Positions 14,950-28,117 of a stretch of 64,000 nt of DNA are shown here, piece after piece; positions within the stretch are counted from its first letter, which is position 1; each line of letters begins with the position of its first letter. The DNA is from Eledone cirrhosa (Eukaryota). The stretch covers positions 29,078,001 to 29,142,000 of the forward strand of contig OZ024746.1 of the NCBI GenBank assembly GCA_964016885.1. The letters run 5' to 3'. A program made the translations under genes and the position numbers. The notes under the pieces are model-generated. The model searched no databases and had not been told where the DNA came from. It saw only the letters and a list, made by a program, of their open reading frames with translations.

Positions 14950-15546
14950 AGTGGATTGATTGACAGTATCGGTAGAGCGTCGGACACTCTGCTTCGTGGC
15001 ATAGAGTTACAGCCCTTTACGTTCTAATTTCAAATCTCGCCGAGGTTAGATTTGCCTTACAGGGTCGATAAAATAAAGTACCAGTAATACACTGAGGTCG
15101 ATTTAATCGACTTTCCCCTCCCCCAAAACTGCTGGCCTTGTGGCTATAGTAAAAATCATTATTACTATTATTATTATTATTAGGCGCATAGAGTTACGGC
15201 CCTTGCCATTCTGAGTTCAAATCCCGCCGAGGTTAACTTTGCCTTTCATCCTTACGGGGTCGATAAAATAAAGTACCAGTAATACACTGGGTAATTGCTG
15301 GCCTTGTGCCTAACGTAGAAACAATTATTATTATTAGGGCAGTATCGGTAGGGCGTTGAACAACATGCTTTGCAGCATAGAGTTACGACCCTTTAAGTTC
15401 TGAGTTGAAATCCCGCGCCGAGGTTAGCTTTGCCTTTCAACCTTACGGCGTCGATAAAATGAAGTACCAGTAATGCACTGGGGTTGATTTAATCGACTTA
15501 CCCCTGCCCCAGAAATTTGCTGGCCTTGTGCCTAAAATCAGAAACG

Positions 15547-15587
<41 letters not shown>
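14950..15587 (+). mobile_element. Three further head-to-tail SINE copies separated by (ATT)n
   Basis: Same B-box, central domain and GGCCTTGTG..GAAA..ATT end at about 14950-15180, 15185-15335 and 15337-15586. Confidence 0.88.
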
Positions 15588-15790
15588 GGGCGGTGGATTG
15601 GCAGTATCGGTAGAGGGTCGGACGCCATGCTTTCCAGCATAGTTACGTCCCTTTACGATCTGAGTTCAAATCCCGCCGAGGTTGACTTTGCCTTTCATCC
15701 TTACGGGGTCGATAAAATAAAGTACCAGTAATGCACTGGGTAATTGCTGGCCTTGTGCCTAAAGTAGAAACAATTATTATTATTACTATT
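15588..15790 (+). mobile_element. tRNA-headed SINE, young full-length copy
   Basis: Pol III A-box-like TGGCAGTATCGG, B-box GTTCAAATCC, central GCCTTTCATCCTTACGGGGTCGATAAAATAAAGTACC domain, (ATT)n tail. Reads identical to 58879-59068. Confidence 0.9.
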
Positions 15791-16155
15791 ATTCCCGGTT
15801 TTTTTTTTGTTATTTAGCGTCGGAAATGAAGATCAAAGCCTCCTCACTTTGGCAAGTTGATCGATGAATGTGTTATTGTTGTTGTATTTTTGATCTGTCC
15901 AGTTTAATTAATTTTCCCCTTCATCGATTCAATAATTCTATTTTTGTTTTATTTTTTATCTTTCGACGTTTCCGACGTTATAGAAGGCGTAATAAAAGGA
16001 AAAGGAAACCACACATACACGCATACGTATAGAGATGGACTCATAGATACACATAGACATGCATAGATACATAGACATACACACAAATATACATATATAT
16101 GTGTGTATGTGTGTGTATGTATATAAATATATATATATATATATATATACATGAA

Positions 16156-16219
<64 letters not shown>

Positions 16220-16255
16220 TGTGTGTATATATATATATATATGTGTGTATGTGTA

Positions 16256-16288
<33 letters not shown>

Positions 16289-16353
16289 GTATATGTAGAT
16301 ATGTATATATATATATATATATTTATATGTGTGTGTGTATGTGTGTGTGTGTG

Positions 16354-16421
<68 letters not shown>

Positions 16422-16879
16422 GGTGTGTGCGTGTGTGTGTGCGTGTCTGTATATGATTTGAAATAAAAATACTTTTGTTTACAATAGTGTTTGTTTATCT
16501 TAGATAACCATGTCTTCTGTAATCGTGGCTTCCATTTCACCTCACCACCTCATTAACATATCATCACCACTGTCAACACCACCACCACCACTATCATATT
16601 ATCATTATCATCATTATCATTGTCACCGCTGTTACCACCACCACCACCCCCGTCACCACCAATACCACTATCTTATTATCATCATAATAATCAACATATC
16701 TGCTGTCGCCACGACCACCGCCACTACCTCATTATCTTCATCATCCTCCCCATCACCACCTCCCCTTTTACCACCACCATCATTATCATCATCATCACCA
16801 CCACCAACTCCACTTTGTCCACCACCACCCCCACCCCCCACTACCGCTTCGATCATCACCATCACCATCACCATCACAA

Positions 16880-19800
16880 CCATCTCCACTTTCACCATCA
16901 CCACTACCTCCACTTTTACCACCATCATCATTACCACCACCACCACCTCCCATTACCACCATCACCATCACCTTCATCATAACCACCATCACCACCTCCA
17001 TTTTTACTACCACCACCACCTCCACCATCAACATCATCAGGATAACAGGCCTGACCAGACACTAAACAACAACAGCAATAAACACGACAACTACCACTAT
17101 ACAATGTTTAAACATCGACGGGCTGCTCATGGTTGGAATATCTTTGACCTGGTACTATATGATGATAAACCGAAATCATTCACCACTACCTCCACTTTTA
17201 CCACCATCATCATTACCACCATCACCACCTCCAATTACCACCACCACCACCTTCATCATAACCACCATCACCACCTCCAATTACCACCACCACCACCTTC
17301 ATCATAACCACCATCACCACCTCCAATTACCACCACCACCACCTTCATCATAACCACCATCACCACCTCCATTTTTACTACCACCACCACTTCCACCATT
17401 AACATCATCAGGATAACAGGCCTGACCAGACACTAAACAACAACAGCAATAAACACGACAACTACCACTATACAATGTTTAAACATCGACGGGCTGCTCA
17501 TGGTTGGAATATCTTTGACCTGGTACTATATGATGATAAACCGAAATCATTCACCACTACCTCCACTTTTACCACCATCATCATTACCACCATCACCACC
17601 TCCAATTACCACCACCACCACCACCTTCATCATAACCACCATCACCACCTCCATTTTTACCACCACCACCACCATTAACATCATCAGGATAACAGGCCTG
17701 ACCAAACACTAAACAACAACAGCAATAAACACGACAACTACCACTATACAATGTTTAAACATCGACGGGCTGCTCATGGTTGGAATATCTTTGACCTGGT
17801 ACTATATGATGATAAACCGAAATCATTCACCGCTACCTCCACTTTTACCACCATCATCATTACCACCATCACCACCTCCAATTACCACCACCACCACCTT
17901 CATCATAACCACCATCACCACCTCCAATTACCACCACCGCCACCTTCATCATAACCACCATCACCACCTCCAATTACCACCACCGCCACCTTCATCATAA
18001 CCACCATCACCACCTCCAATTACCACCACCACCACCTTCATCATAACCACAATCACCACCTCCAATTACCACCACCACCACCTTCATCATTACCACCATC
18101 ACCACCTCCAATTACCACCACCACCACCTTCATCATAACCACCATCACCACCTCCAATTACCACCACCACCACCTTCATCATAACCACCATCACCACCTC
18201 CATTTTTACTACCACCACCACCTCCACCATTAACATCATCAGGATAACAGGCCTGACCAAACACTAAACAACAACAGCAATAAACACGACAACTACCACT
18301 ATACAATGTTTAAACATCGACGGGCTGCTCATGGTTGGAATATCTTTGACCTGGTACTATATGATGATAAACCGAAATCATTCACCACTACCTCCACTTT
18401 TACCACCATCACCACCTCCAATTACCACCACCACCTTCATCATAACCACCATCACCACCTCCATTTTTACCACCACCACCACCATTAACATCATCAGGAT
18501 AACAGGCCTGACCAAACACTAAACAACAACAGCAATAAACACGACAACTACCACTATACAATGTTTAAACATCGACGGGCTGCTTATGGTTGGAATATCT
18601 TTAACCTGGTACTATATGATGATAAACCGAAATCATTCACCACTACCTCCACTTTTACCACCATCATCATTACCACCATCACCACCTCCAATTACCACCA
18701 CCACCACCACCTTCATCATAACCACCATCACCACCTCCATTTTTACCACCACCACCACCATTAACATCATCAGGATAACAGGCCTGACCAAACACTAAAC
18801 AACAACAGCAATAAACACGACAACTACCACTATACAATGTTTAAACATCGACGGGCTGCTCATGGTTGGAATATCTTTGACCTGGTACTATATGATGATA
18901 AACCGAAATCATTCACCGCTACCTCCACTTTTACCACCATCATCATTACCACCATCACCACCTCCAATTACCACCACCACCACCTTCATCATAACCACCA
19001 TCACCACCTCCAATTACCACCACCGCCACCTCCAATTACCACCACCACCTTCATCATTACCACCATCACCACCTCCAATTACCACCACCACCTTCATCAT
19101 AACCACCATCACCACCTCCATTTTTACCACCACCACCACCTTCATCATAACCACCATCACCACCTCCAATTACCACCACCACCACCTTCATCATAACCAC
19201 CATCACCACCTCCAATTACCACCACCACCACCTTCATCATAACCACCATCACCACCTCCAATTACCACCACCACCACCTTCATCATTACCACCATCACCA
19301 CCTCCAATTACCACCACCACCACCTTCATCATAACCACCATCACCACCTCCAATTACCACCACCACCACCTTCATCATAACCACCATCACCACCTCTATT
19401 TTTACTACCACCACCACCTCCACCATCAACATCATCAGGATAACAGGCCTGACCAGACACTAAACAACAACAGCAATAAACACGACAACTACCACTATAC
19501 AATGTTTAAACATCGACGGGCTGCTCATGGTTGGAATATCTTTGACCTGGTACTATATGATGATAAACCGAAATCATTCACCACTACCTCCACTTTTACC
19601 ACCATCATCATTACCACCATCACCACCTCCAATTACCACCACCACCTTCATCATAACCACCATCACCACCTCCATTTTTACCACCACCACCACCATTAAC
19701 ATCATCAGGATAACAAGCCTGACCAAACACTAAACAACAACAGCAATAAACACGACAACTACCACTATACAATGTTTAAACATCGATGGGCTGCTCATGG

Positions 19801-20399
19801 TTGGAATATCTTTGACCTGGTACTATATGATGATAAACCGAAATCATTCACCACTACCTCCACTGTTACCACCATCATCATTACCACCATAACCACCTCC
19901 AATTACCACCACCACCACCACCTTCATCATAACCACCATCACCACCTCCATTTTTACCACCACCACCACCATTAACATCATCAGGATAACAAGCCTGACC
20001 AAACACTAAACAACAACAGCAATAAACACGACAACTACCACTATACAATGTTTAAACATCGATGGGCTGCTCATGGTTGGAATATCTTTGACCTGGTACT
20101 ATATGATGATAAACCGAAATCATTCACCACTACCTCCACTGTTACCACCATCATCATTACCACCATAACCACCTCCAATTACCACCACCACCACCACCTT
20201 CATCATAACCACCATCACCACCTCCATTTTTACCACCACCACCACCATTAACATCATCAGGATAACAGGCCTGACCAGACACTAAACAACAACAGCAATA
20301 AACACGACAACTACCACTATACAATGTTTAAACATCGATGGGCTGCTTATGGTTGGAATATCTTTAACCTGGTACTATATGATGATAAACCGAAATCAT
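16880..20399 (+). repeat. Composite satellite: 10 copies of an about 150-bp complex core with variable numbers of a 46-bp ACC/ATC subrepeat (basic unit about 276 bp)
   Basis: Core ATGTTTAAACATCGA.GGGCTGCT.ATGGTTGGAATATC near 17105, 17475, 17751, 18306, 18561, 18837, 19502, 19772, 20048 and 20324. Confidence 0.95.
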
Positions 20400-21276
20400 G
20401 TCGACCCTAGCATGCAGCTGCTATGTGGGATGTTTCCGTTTGTCAAATTAGGTCCAATATCCCAGCGTTTTGTAATCTGTTGTCCATTCACCTTTTAGTT
20501 GTAAATGTTCATTTATGTATTCACATTGGTTAAAAGATACATGAAAATGTTCCTGCCTATTCTTTGTTTTCTTATCGCCTCACATGTATCTCACCAATAT
20601 GACGAACTCCAACCTGTTGCCCGAACTAACATTACATGTGTAGTACCACCATAATGCGCAAAACTTCCACCCCAGCAACGTAACTGACGAGGTTACGATG
20701 CATTTGTGGATTCCTGTTATATAACTGCATGCATTTTATGATATATATATATGTATATATATATATAATAATATATAAGATCAAAAGATGGTTAAAAGAG
20801 TTCCATGTATTTTATTATGCGCATTTCAAAAACAAATATCATTATGCAATAACATTTGCGTTTTCGTCAGATAACATAGGGAGACATGATATGAAGGTTA
20901 AAACACACTTGTGAATAGTGCAGTTTTAAATCAACATATGAAAAGTAGTTTTAGATTGATGTGTGATATTGGGAAAAAAATTGAGGGGGGGGGGGAGGAT
21001 GAAAAAGAGGAGGAGATGAGAGTAAAAAGTGGAAGGGGAGGAGTATAATGAGGAAGGATGAGATGGGTGATAGAGAGAGAGAGATAGCTTTTATAACTGA
21101 GAAAAATATATTGTTTTACATAGAGAGGTTGAAAAACCGTTGGAAGATAATATACAAATTAAAAGAATTTGAAAATTAACGAAGAGAAAAATTTTAGAAT
21201 AATGTTAAATTAAGGTTTGTATATTTAAGGGTTTAATAATATGTGCGATGGAAAGAAAATAAAACTCACCTCCTAC

Positions 21277-21358
<82 letters not shown>

Positions 21359-21470
21359 CAGAAAATGCATGCAGTTATATAACAGGAATCGACAAATGCA
21401 TCGTAACCTGAACCTGAACCGATTAGGTCTGGTTTCTTGGGTCTGTCACCATTTATAAAACAAATTTTCT

Positions 21471-21526
21471 ATTTTAGCTGATGAGAGCGTACCAATATGT
21501 TGGTACCCTTGAAATATATATAAAAT
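21471..21526 (+). ncRNA. Minimal type I hammerhead, same family as 61906 (decayed copy also at 5690-5750)
   Basis: CUGAUGA 21478-21484, stem II GAGCGUACCAA-UAUG-UUGGUACCCUU, GAAA 21511-21514, UAUAUA; shared 3' sequence AAATAAATATGGTTTTATAAATATA.TTTCCATTT. Confidence 0.7.
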
Positions 21527-21596
21527 AAATATGGTTTTATAAATATACTTTCCATTTATTAATATCATTGATATATATATATATATACGTATATAG

Positions 21597-21694
<98 letters not shown>

Positions 21695-22514
21695 TTCATG
21701 ACAGAATTGGCGGCTTCTATCATTAAAGCAGCCAAGAAACTTCCTATGGGATGCAACCTCGTACTAGGCTAGCTAAACTTCCTCTAGTGCTGAGCTGTAA
21801 ATTTCATTTTTCTTTTGAATTTTCATATCTAAAGAAACTTAGTATGGTGTGGCCCTCAAGACTTCAATTCTCTCGACTGCAAGCTTCCATGATATATTTT
21901 ACTCATACCCTAGGCAAGTCTCTCTTAACACCCAATCTCTCTGGTTAAGACAATATACCACAATGTACTGATGCATGCAGCAACAGTATAACAAAACTTA
22001 TCGGTCTGTCTAGGTTATTTTGATTTCCATTTTTTAGTTCAAATCCCTCGTCACCGTCGGTGAAGTCACAGTAAGTACCAGGTTGAAGTTGTTTCATATA
22101 TGTTTCATATATAATATATTATGAAAGAGTCATTGTCGAAAGGGAAGTGTATAAGTAGTAGTAGTGTAAAGAAAGAGAGTATCTGTAATGGGAACATTGG
22201 TTTCAGTGAATTAACCCTTTCAATACCTAACCACCTGAAACTGCCCTTCTTTCTACGATACAAAACTATTTCATTATAATTTATTAAAGAACTTTTGTTA
22301 AGTTATATTCCAAACACCAGCTTAAGATTGAAAATATTAGATATATTACTAATTTCCTTCAAATTCGTGAAGATTTTCAAAGTGATTCATTTGAAATATG
22401 GTAAGAAAATTATTAAAATCTTTATATTTCACTAAGCAAATTCCATCATCATTTTATGGAAGAAACTTTAAGCTATGTTCCGAACTTCAGCTTAATAAAT
22501 ACTTCATATATTTG

Positions 22515-22720
22515 GACAAGGCCACCATTTTAGGGGAAAGGGTTTGTCGATTATTTCGACCCAAGTATTTAACTGGGACTTTATTTCATCAAAACCCGGA
22601 AGGATGTATGACGAAGTGGACCTCGGCAGGATTTGAACTCAGAATGTAGCAAGCCGTAACTATATTCCATAAAGTATTTCGTTCAATGCTTTAGCGACAC
22701 CACCAGTCTATCACCCTACT
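22515..22720 (-). mobile_element. Diverged SINE copy
   Basis: ACAAGGCCA...GGATTTGAACTCAGAA matches the reverse complement of the family. Confidence 0.65.
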
Positions 22721-23088
22721 CCAGCTTAATAAAGAACATGTTTGTTACATAACTAAATCCCCTCAATTTGTTGACGACAAAATTATTTTTTTTAAATAAG
22801 GGGGAGGGAGATTTCAACAAAAATATAGTTAGGGAAGGGTTAAACAGGTGATATAAGTTTAATAACCTCCTTGTCTTTGATCTTCATTAAACTTTAATCT
22901 ATGTTTCTCGAAGTTATCTTTACAAAAATAAATATTTTAGAAAATACTTGGAACTTTGATGTGTTGATAAATTAACAACACAGAAACACATACACATACA
23001 CACACTCACAAACACATTCACACACAGACAGACACACACACACACACAAACACACACACATGCTATATATATATACATATATATATAT

Positions 23089-23156
<68 letters not shown>

Positions 23157-23186
23157 ATGTGTGTGTATGTGTATATGTATGTATGT

Positions 23187-23226
<40 letters not shown>

Positions 23227-23267
23227 CTATAAATATGTATATGTGTATATATATATATATATACAAG

Positions 23268-23367
<100 letters not shown>

Positions 23368-23567
23368 ACATACACAATTTTATATTTTTATGGGTATTCT
23401 ATTGTGTGAATATTCATACGTACCTGTATGTGTGCATGTGTATATATATATATATATATATATACACATGCACACACAAAGATAGGTATCTATGGATGGG
23501 TGTTTATCTGTATACGTGTATTTCGTCTTTGTGAGTGTATATATACATTCTCATATATGTATATACA

Positions 23568-23636
<69 letters not shown>

Positions 23637-24080
23637 ATGTATATATGTATATATGTATATTCTATTGTATAGATTCATCTTAACTGACAACCTTTAATTA
23701 CTTTCGCTCCTCACCTTATCCATAGGTTTATTTATTTACTTATTTGCTGTTGTTGTTGTTGTCATTATTATTATTTTGATTATTTCTCGAATGACTTCCA
23801 ATCAGAAAATCATTGAGAAAGGAAAGAAGTTTTGTTTTCTATTTTCTGTTGTTTTTTTTGTTGTTTTTTTTGTTGTTGTTGTTTTTTTGGGGGTTTTTCT
23901 TTTACTAATGTTTCTTTATTTTCTAGTTATCTTATTTTACTTCTATTTTCATCAGGCTGTTGCTCATCATCTAATTAGTGTTCAGTAATGAGCAGTTATT
24001 TAGTTAGTGTAACCTTGAGAAATTTACTCTGAAATAAATCATAATTGATTACATCACTTCACACCTTTCTATTCTATCTT

Positions 24081-24124
<44 letters not shown>

Positions 24125-24358
24125 CAGCGAGAGAGAGAGAGAGAGAGAGAGAGTGATGAAAGAGAGTGGTGAGAGATTTCTCCAGTTACATCAAAGTAAC
24201 AACAATAACAAGAACCACAGCGTCAATACCAAGAACAATATCAACATCTTCGACTAGAACAACATCAGCAACAACAACAACAACAGGAGCCACACCAAAA
24301 AGAACAATAGCAACAATAAAGGGAACAACAGTAATAACAAGAAGAAAAATAACTACTA

Positions 24359-24402
<44 letters not shown>

Positions 24403-24662
24403 TTTCTTTATTAACCACAAGGGTTTACATAAAGTAGACATTAAGGACAGTGCAGGACAATGCAGGACGGTACAAATGGGCATTTCTGCGTGTAAAAAAA
24501 CAAAAACAGAGGACGTAACAAAAATAACAATGGAAATAACAATGAAAAATTCCCCAATAGGGGGGAGACTTCGGAGGGACATTTGTGGAGAAAGCCCAGT
24601 AAAAAGCCACAATGACCCTGACCACCAAGGCAAGTGCCCTCTCCCAGTTTTCCACCTTTAGT

Positions 24663-27600
24663 TTACAGATATATACTCAGAGTCGGCCCATTCACTCGGG
24701 CCATTCTTGCTTCTCTCACCCATCTTTCAACAAAATGCTGGGAAGAGAGCACTTCCTTCTCTACTCTGATTTTCCTTTTCAAATGAAATTTGAAAAAGTC
24801 AATCAGAGCATCACCGAAGAGGTAAGTGCTCGTCTTCAGCCCTTTCAAACGTGTCCACCATACTATCTCTTTCGCCATGGCCACCAGACAGATAAAAACT
24901 GCCTGCCCTTCCCGGCTAAAGGAGGAGGGCGGGGCAATCCTCACGATAGACTCAGATGATAGCTGGATCCGTCCTAAACGCGACAGCAGGTGTTCGACAT
25001 AAACCCACAAGTCAGCAATTTTCGGACACTGGACGAGTGCGTGCAGGACGGTTTCGTCGCCCTGCGCGCATCTCGGACATGCCCGGCTGACGGCACCTCC
25101 ATGCCTGTAGAGTTTATCCCGAACTGGCAAGGCTCCTCGGTAGCACTGCCAGGCCAGAGATTTCTGGAAGTTGTCCATAGGCCCTGGCCCGAAAGTTCTT
25201 CCGAAGAGATTGGCTAGTTGATTTTCGTCGACGCCTAGAGTTTCCCCAAGTACGTCGTCGCTCTTCCCCTCCACTAATCCTCTATAGAACGCCGAGGTGG
25301 AGTTTCCACCGATCACATTGCCCGATTGGTCGAGGGCTGTGAGCGCCTGAAGACATTCCAGTCTCCAGGCGCTCCCTCTCGGTCTTCGCTTGACCCAGGA
25401 CTGCAGCTCCGTCAAGGAAACGAGCTGGGGAAAAACGCGTCTAGCAAACGGCGACCACACCTGATCACCGTCGAGGAAGAGGTGGAGATGTCGTAGCCTG
25501 AGCGCGTGCCTGCGCATCATCAGCCACGGCATGCCCAGCCCTCCACGTAGCGGGTGTTGACAACAGATGGACCGCCTGACCATCGGAGCACGTCCCTTCC
25601 ACAAAAAGCGAAAGAGCAAACGCTCCAGCGCAGTCAGGCGAGGCTTAGGACAAGGTACGACGGTTAGGAGGTAGCAGATGACAGACGCGATGTACGCGTT
25701 AGCCACCTCCGCTCGACCTTTCAGGGATAGCTTCCTCTCCGCCCATTTCTGGGTGAGAGAAGCCACCCTGCTCGTCACCTCGTCCCAGTTTTTGTCCGTC
25801 TGGAGGTCCGGACCGAACCAGACCCCTAGCAATTTAACCGGTCCGTCCGTCCAGCGCCCGACGACGCTGTTGGACGGCATGGACCTGCCTCTCCAGGTGC
25901 CGAGCTGCAGGCCCACTGACTTTTCCTGGTTGATCATTGCTCCTGTCACCGCTTCGTATTCTCTTAGTGTAGTGCCGATCGCCTCGATGTGTTTGGCGTT
26001 CGACACCACTACGGTGACATCGTCCGCATATGCTGACACGGATCTTCCGCATCCTAGTTCGCGCGGGACTCCCCTCAACGTCTCCAGTTTGTGCAGTAAT
26101 GGCTCGAGAGTCAATACGTACAAGAGGGACGAGAGGGGACATCCTTGGCGGACCGAGCGCATGATGTTGAACGGTTCCGACAGGTGACCGTTCACTCTCA
26201 CCACAGAGCAGATGTCGCTGTGCATGGCAGCGATCCAGCCTCTGAAGACGGGCCCAAAGCCAGCCGCCCTCAGGACTGCCGCTAGGTAACGATGGTCGAC
26301 CCTATCGAAAGCTTTCGACTGATCTAAATTGATCAAGGACCCACCCGTGCCAGGTTCCCTAGCTACCCTCTCTACGATGTATCGCATGAGGTGGAGGTTG
26401 TCGTGGATGGATCTGTCGGGAATGGCGCATGTCTGCGCCTCTCCCACCAGACCACCAACGACAAGCGCCAACCTCTTTGCTAGCACCTTGGCCAAAATCT
26501 TAAACTCTGTGTTTAGCAGAGTTATGGGCCGGAAATTTTCTATGTTATCCCCCTTGTTCGGATCCTTTCTCAGCAGTGCCACCGCTCCTCGGCTCACAGA
26601 ACTGGGAATTCTCCCGTTCTGTTGCCAGTTGCAGTAGACGTCCGCCAAGAGGCCTCCGAACAAGTCTGGCATCTGTACGTAAAGTTCATAGGGCAGACCA
26701 TCCAAACCAGGCGATTTACCCCTTGTGCAGCCAGTCATTGCCTCCCTTACTTCAGCGGCTGTTATCGGCTTTTCGCAACACTTCGCCTCAGTGGCCGAGA
26801 GCCGCGGCAGTCCGTCGAGGTAGACACTAAAGTCCATCCCTCTACCCGGCCCACCGCTGCCCCCGAACAGCTGAGCGAAGTGTCGCTGAAAAGCTTCACA
26901 CATTTGCCCGGGATCGAGTAGCATGCGCCCGTCGTGGTCCACCAAAGACCGGATCGTGGCTTTGTTGCCACGACGCGCCTCCGCCACTCGGGCCCATTGA
27001 ACGGCTTTCGTCCCCTCGTGTCTGAGAGCACGCACCCTTGCTCTGACAACGCAGCCTTCGTGCTTTGCATTGAAGAATTGGTCAAGGGCCAATTTCGCCG
27101 CAAGCACGTCGGTCGCAATGCCTTTGCTAAGCGCCTCGTCTAATTTTCTAACTAGTTCTTCCTCTGCTCTATTTTTCTCTATTGCTAAAGCCTTACTAAA
27201 TCTAATCGATTCTATTCTAATCGCTCTTTTCAGAGCAAACCACCACTTGTTGTTGACGATGGCCCCCGTCAACGCCCGCTTAACTAGTTCGCTAATCCGG
27301 TCTCTGTAGGCCTTGCGCGCTGGTAAGGACGCGTTTAACTTCCAGTAGCCGGGTCCTCGTCTATGAAGCCTATCTAAGTCAAGCACACAGATCACGAATT
27401 TGTGGTCCGTGTAGCTGACTATCTTGAATTGTGGACAGCCTATGCTAGACCTATCTATTTCCCTACAAAATACTCTATCTAGATATGATCTGGATGACCC
27501 TATGCGGTTTGTCCAAGTCCACATTGGCACATTCGGGAAATCCAATCGGTACCTGTCAGACAGTTCAAAACGCCTGAGCAGGTTGGTGAGGCTCTTGCAC

Positions 27601-28082
27601 CCTCCACCCCTATCCGCTAATCCCACACAGTCCCAGCGTGCATCTAAGATCCCGTTCCAGTCGCCCACTAACACTAAAGAGCGCGACGTTCCAAGAAAGG
27701 TCTCCAGACGCCGGAAGAAATCAGGCCGCCCTGCTCCTGTCGGGGCATAGACGGCCACTAGCCTGAAAGCTTGCCCGTCTCCGCTGGTCACGTCCAGCAC
27801 CACCAGCTTACCCTCTGGGTCCAGGAAGATGGCCCGTATGGCGAGATCCAAACCTCTCCGAAAAAGTACAGCAACTCCTCCACCGGATCCAGGACGGCTG
27901 GGAGATGCGTACACATCGTAGCCGCCGAAGATCGGTGCGAAGGCCCGTGCTTCGGAGATTCTGGTCTCGCTGATGGCCACTACATCTATGTTTAGTGACC
28001 TGAGGTCGTTGAGCAGGTGACCCTGCTTCCATGACGACCCCAAGCCACGCGCATTTATGCTGCCTATTCTGAGTGAGGTCAT
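24663..28082 (-). CDS. Tx1-type ORF2 (1139 aa): APE endonuclease, reverse transcriptase, C-terminal zinc finger
   Basis: APE motifs SINARGL, SET, VYAP, GDWN, LDR, TDH; RT motifs KSPGLDG, NFRPITLLN, DQSKAFDRV, RQGCPLS, YADD, LLGV; C-terminal CPRC..ETVLHALVQC. Confidence 0.97.
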   Translation of the reverse strand: MTSLRIGSINARGLGSSWKQGHLLNDLRSLNIDVVAISETRISEARAFAPIFGGYDVYASPSRPGSGGGVAVLFRRGLDLAIRAIFLDPEGKLVVLDVTSGDGQAFRLVAVYAPTGAGRPDFFRRLETFLGTSRSLVLVGDWNGILDARWDCVGLADRGGGCKSLTNLLRRFELSDRYRLDFPNVPMWTWTNRIGSSRSYLDRVFCREIDRSSIGCPQFKIVSYTDHKFVICVLDLDRLHRRGPGYWKLNASLPARKAYRDRISELVKRALTGAIVNNKWWFALKRAIRIESIRFSKALAIEKNRAEEELVRKLDEALSKGIATDVLAAKLALDQFFNAKHEGCVVRARVRALRHEGTKAVQWARVAEARRGNKATIRSLVDHDGRMLLDPGQMCEAFQRHFAQLFGGSGGPGRGMDFSVYLDGLPRLSATEAKCCEKPITAAEVREAMTGCTRGKSPGLDGLPYELYVQMPDLFGGLLADVYCNWQQNGRIPSSVSRGAVALLRKDPNKGDNIENFRPITLLNTEFKILAKVLAKRLALVVGGLVGEAQTCAIPDRSIHDNLHLMRYIVERVAREPGTGGSLINLDQSKAFDRVDHRYLAAVLRAAGFGPVFRGWIAAMHSDICSVVRVNGHLSEPFNIMRSVRQGCPLSSLLYVLTLEPLLHKLETLRGVPRELGCGRSVSAYADDVTVVVSNAKHIEAIGTTLREYEAVTGAMINQEKSVGLQLGTWRGRSMPSNSVVGRWTDGPVKLLGVWFGPDLQTDKNWDEVTSRVASLTQKWAERKLSLKGRAEVANAYIASVICYLLTVVPCPKPRLTALERLLFRFLWKGRAPMVRRSICCQHPLRGGLGMPWLMMRRHALRLRHLHLFLDGDQVWSPFARRVFPQLVSLTELQSWVKRRPRGSAWRLECLQALTALDQSGNVIGGNSTSAFYRGLVEGKSDDVLGETLGVDENQLANLFGRTFGPGPMDNFQKSLAWQCYRGALPVRDKLYRHGGAVSRACPRCAQGDETVLHALVQCPKIADLWVYVEHLLSRLGRIQLSSESIVRIAPPSSFSREGQAVFICLVAMAKEIVWWTRLKGLKTSTYLFGDALIDFFKFHLKRKIRVEKEVLSSQHFVERWVREARMARVNGPTLSIYL

Positions 28083-28117
28083 GTTTAAAATAGAGTGGAA
28101 AAGATGGGAAAGACCAC

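Noticed and set aside
13035-15027. Four long ORFs (525-657 aa; extensin-like SPPPP, GGGD, poly-I/T, poly-M/V)
   Set aside because: They arise from an in-phase ATC/ACC triplet mosaic that lacks stops in several frames on both strands; no unique coding sequence or splice context.
17040-20399. CRISPR-like regular array, or a tandem family of His-rich peptides (MFKHRRAAHGW...)
   Set aside because: The repeat is about 150 bp, the spacers are homologous low-complexity subrepeats, the context is eukaryotic with no cas genes, and the reading frame is not preserved between units.
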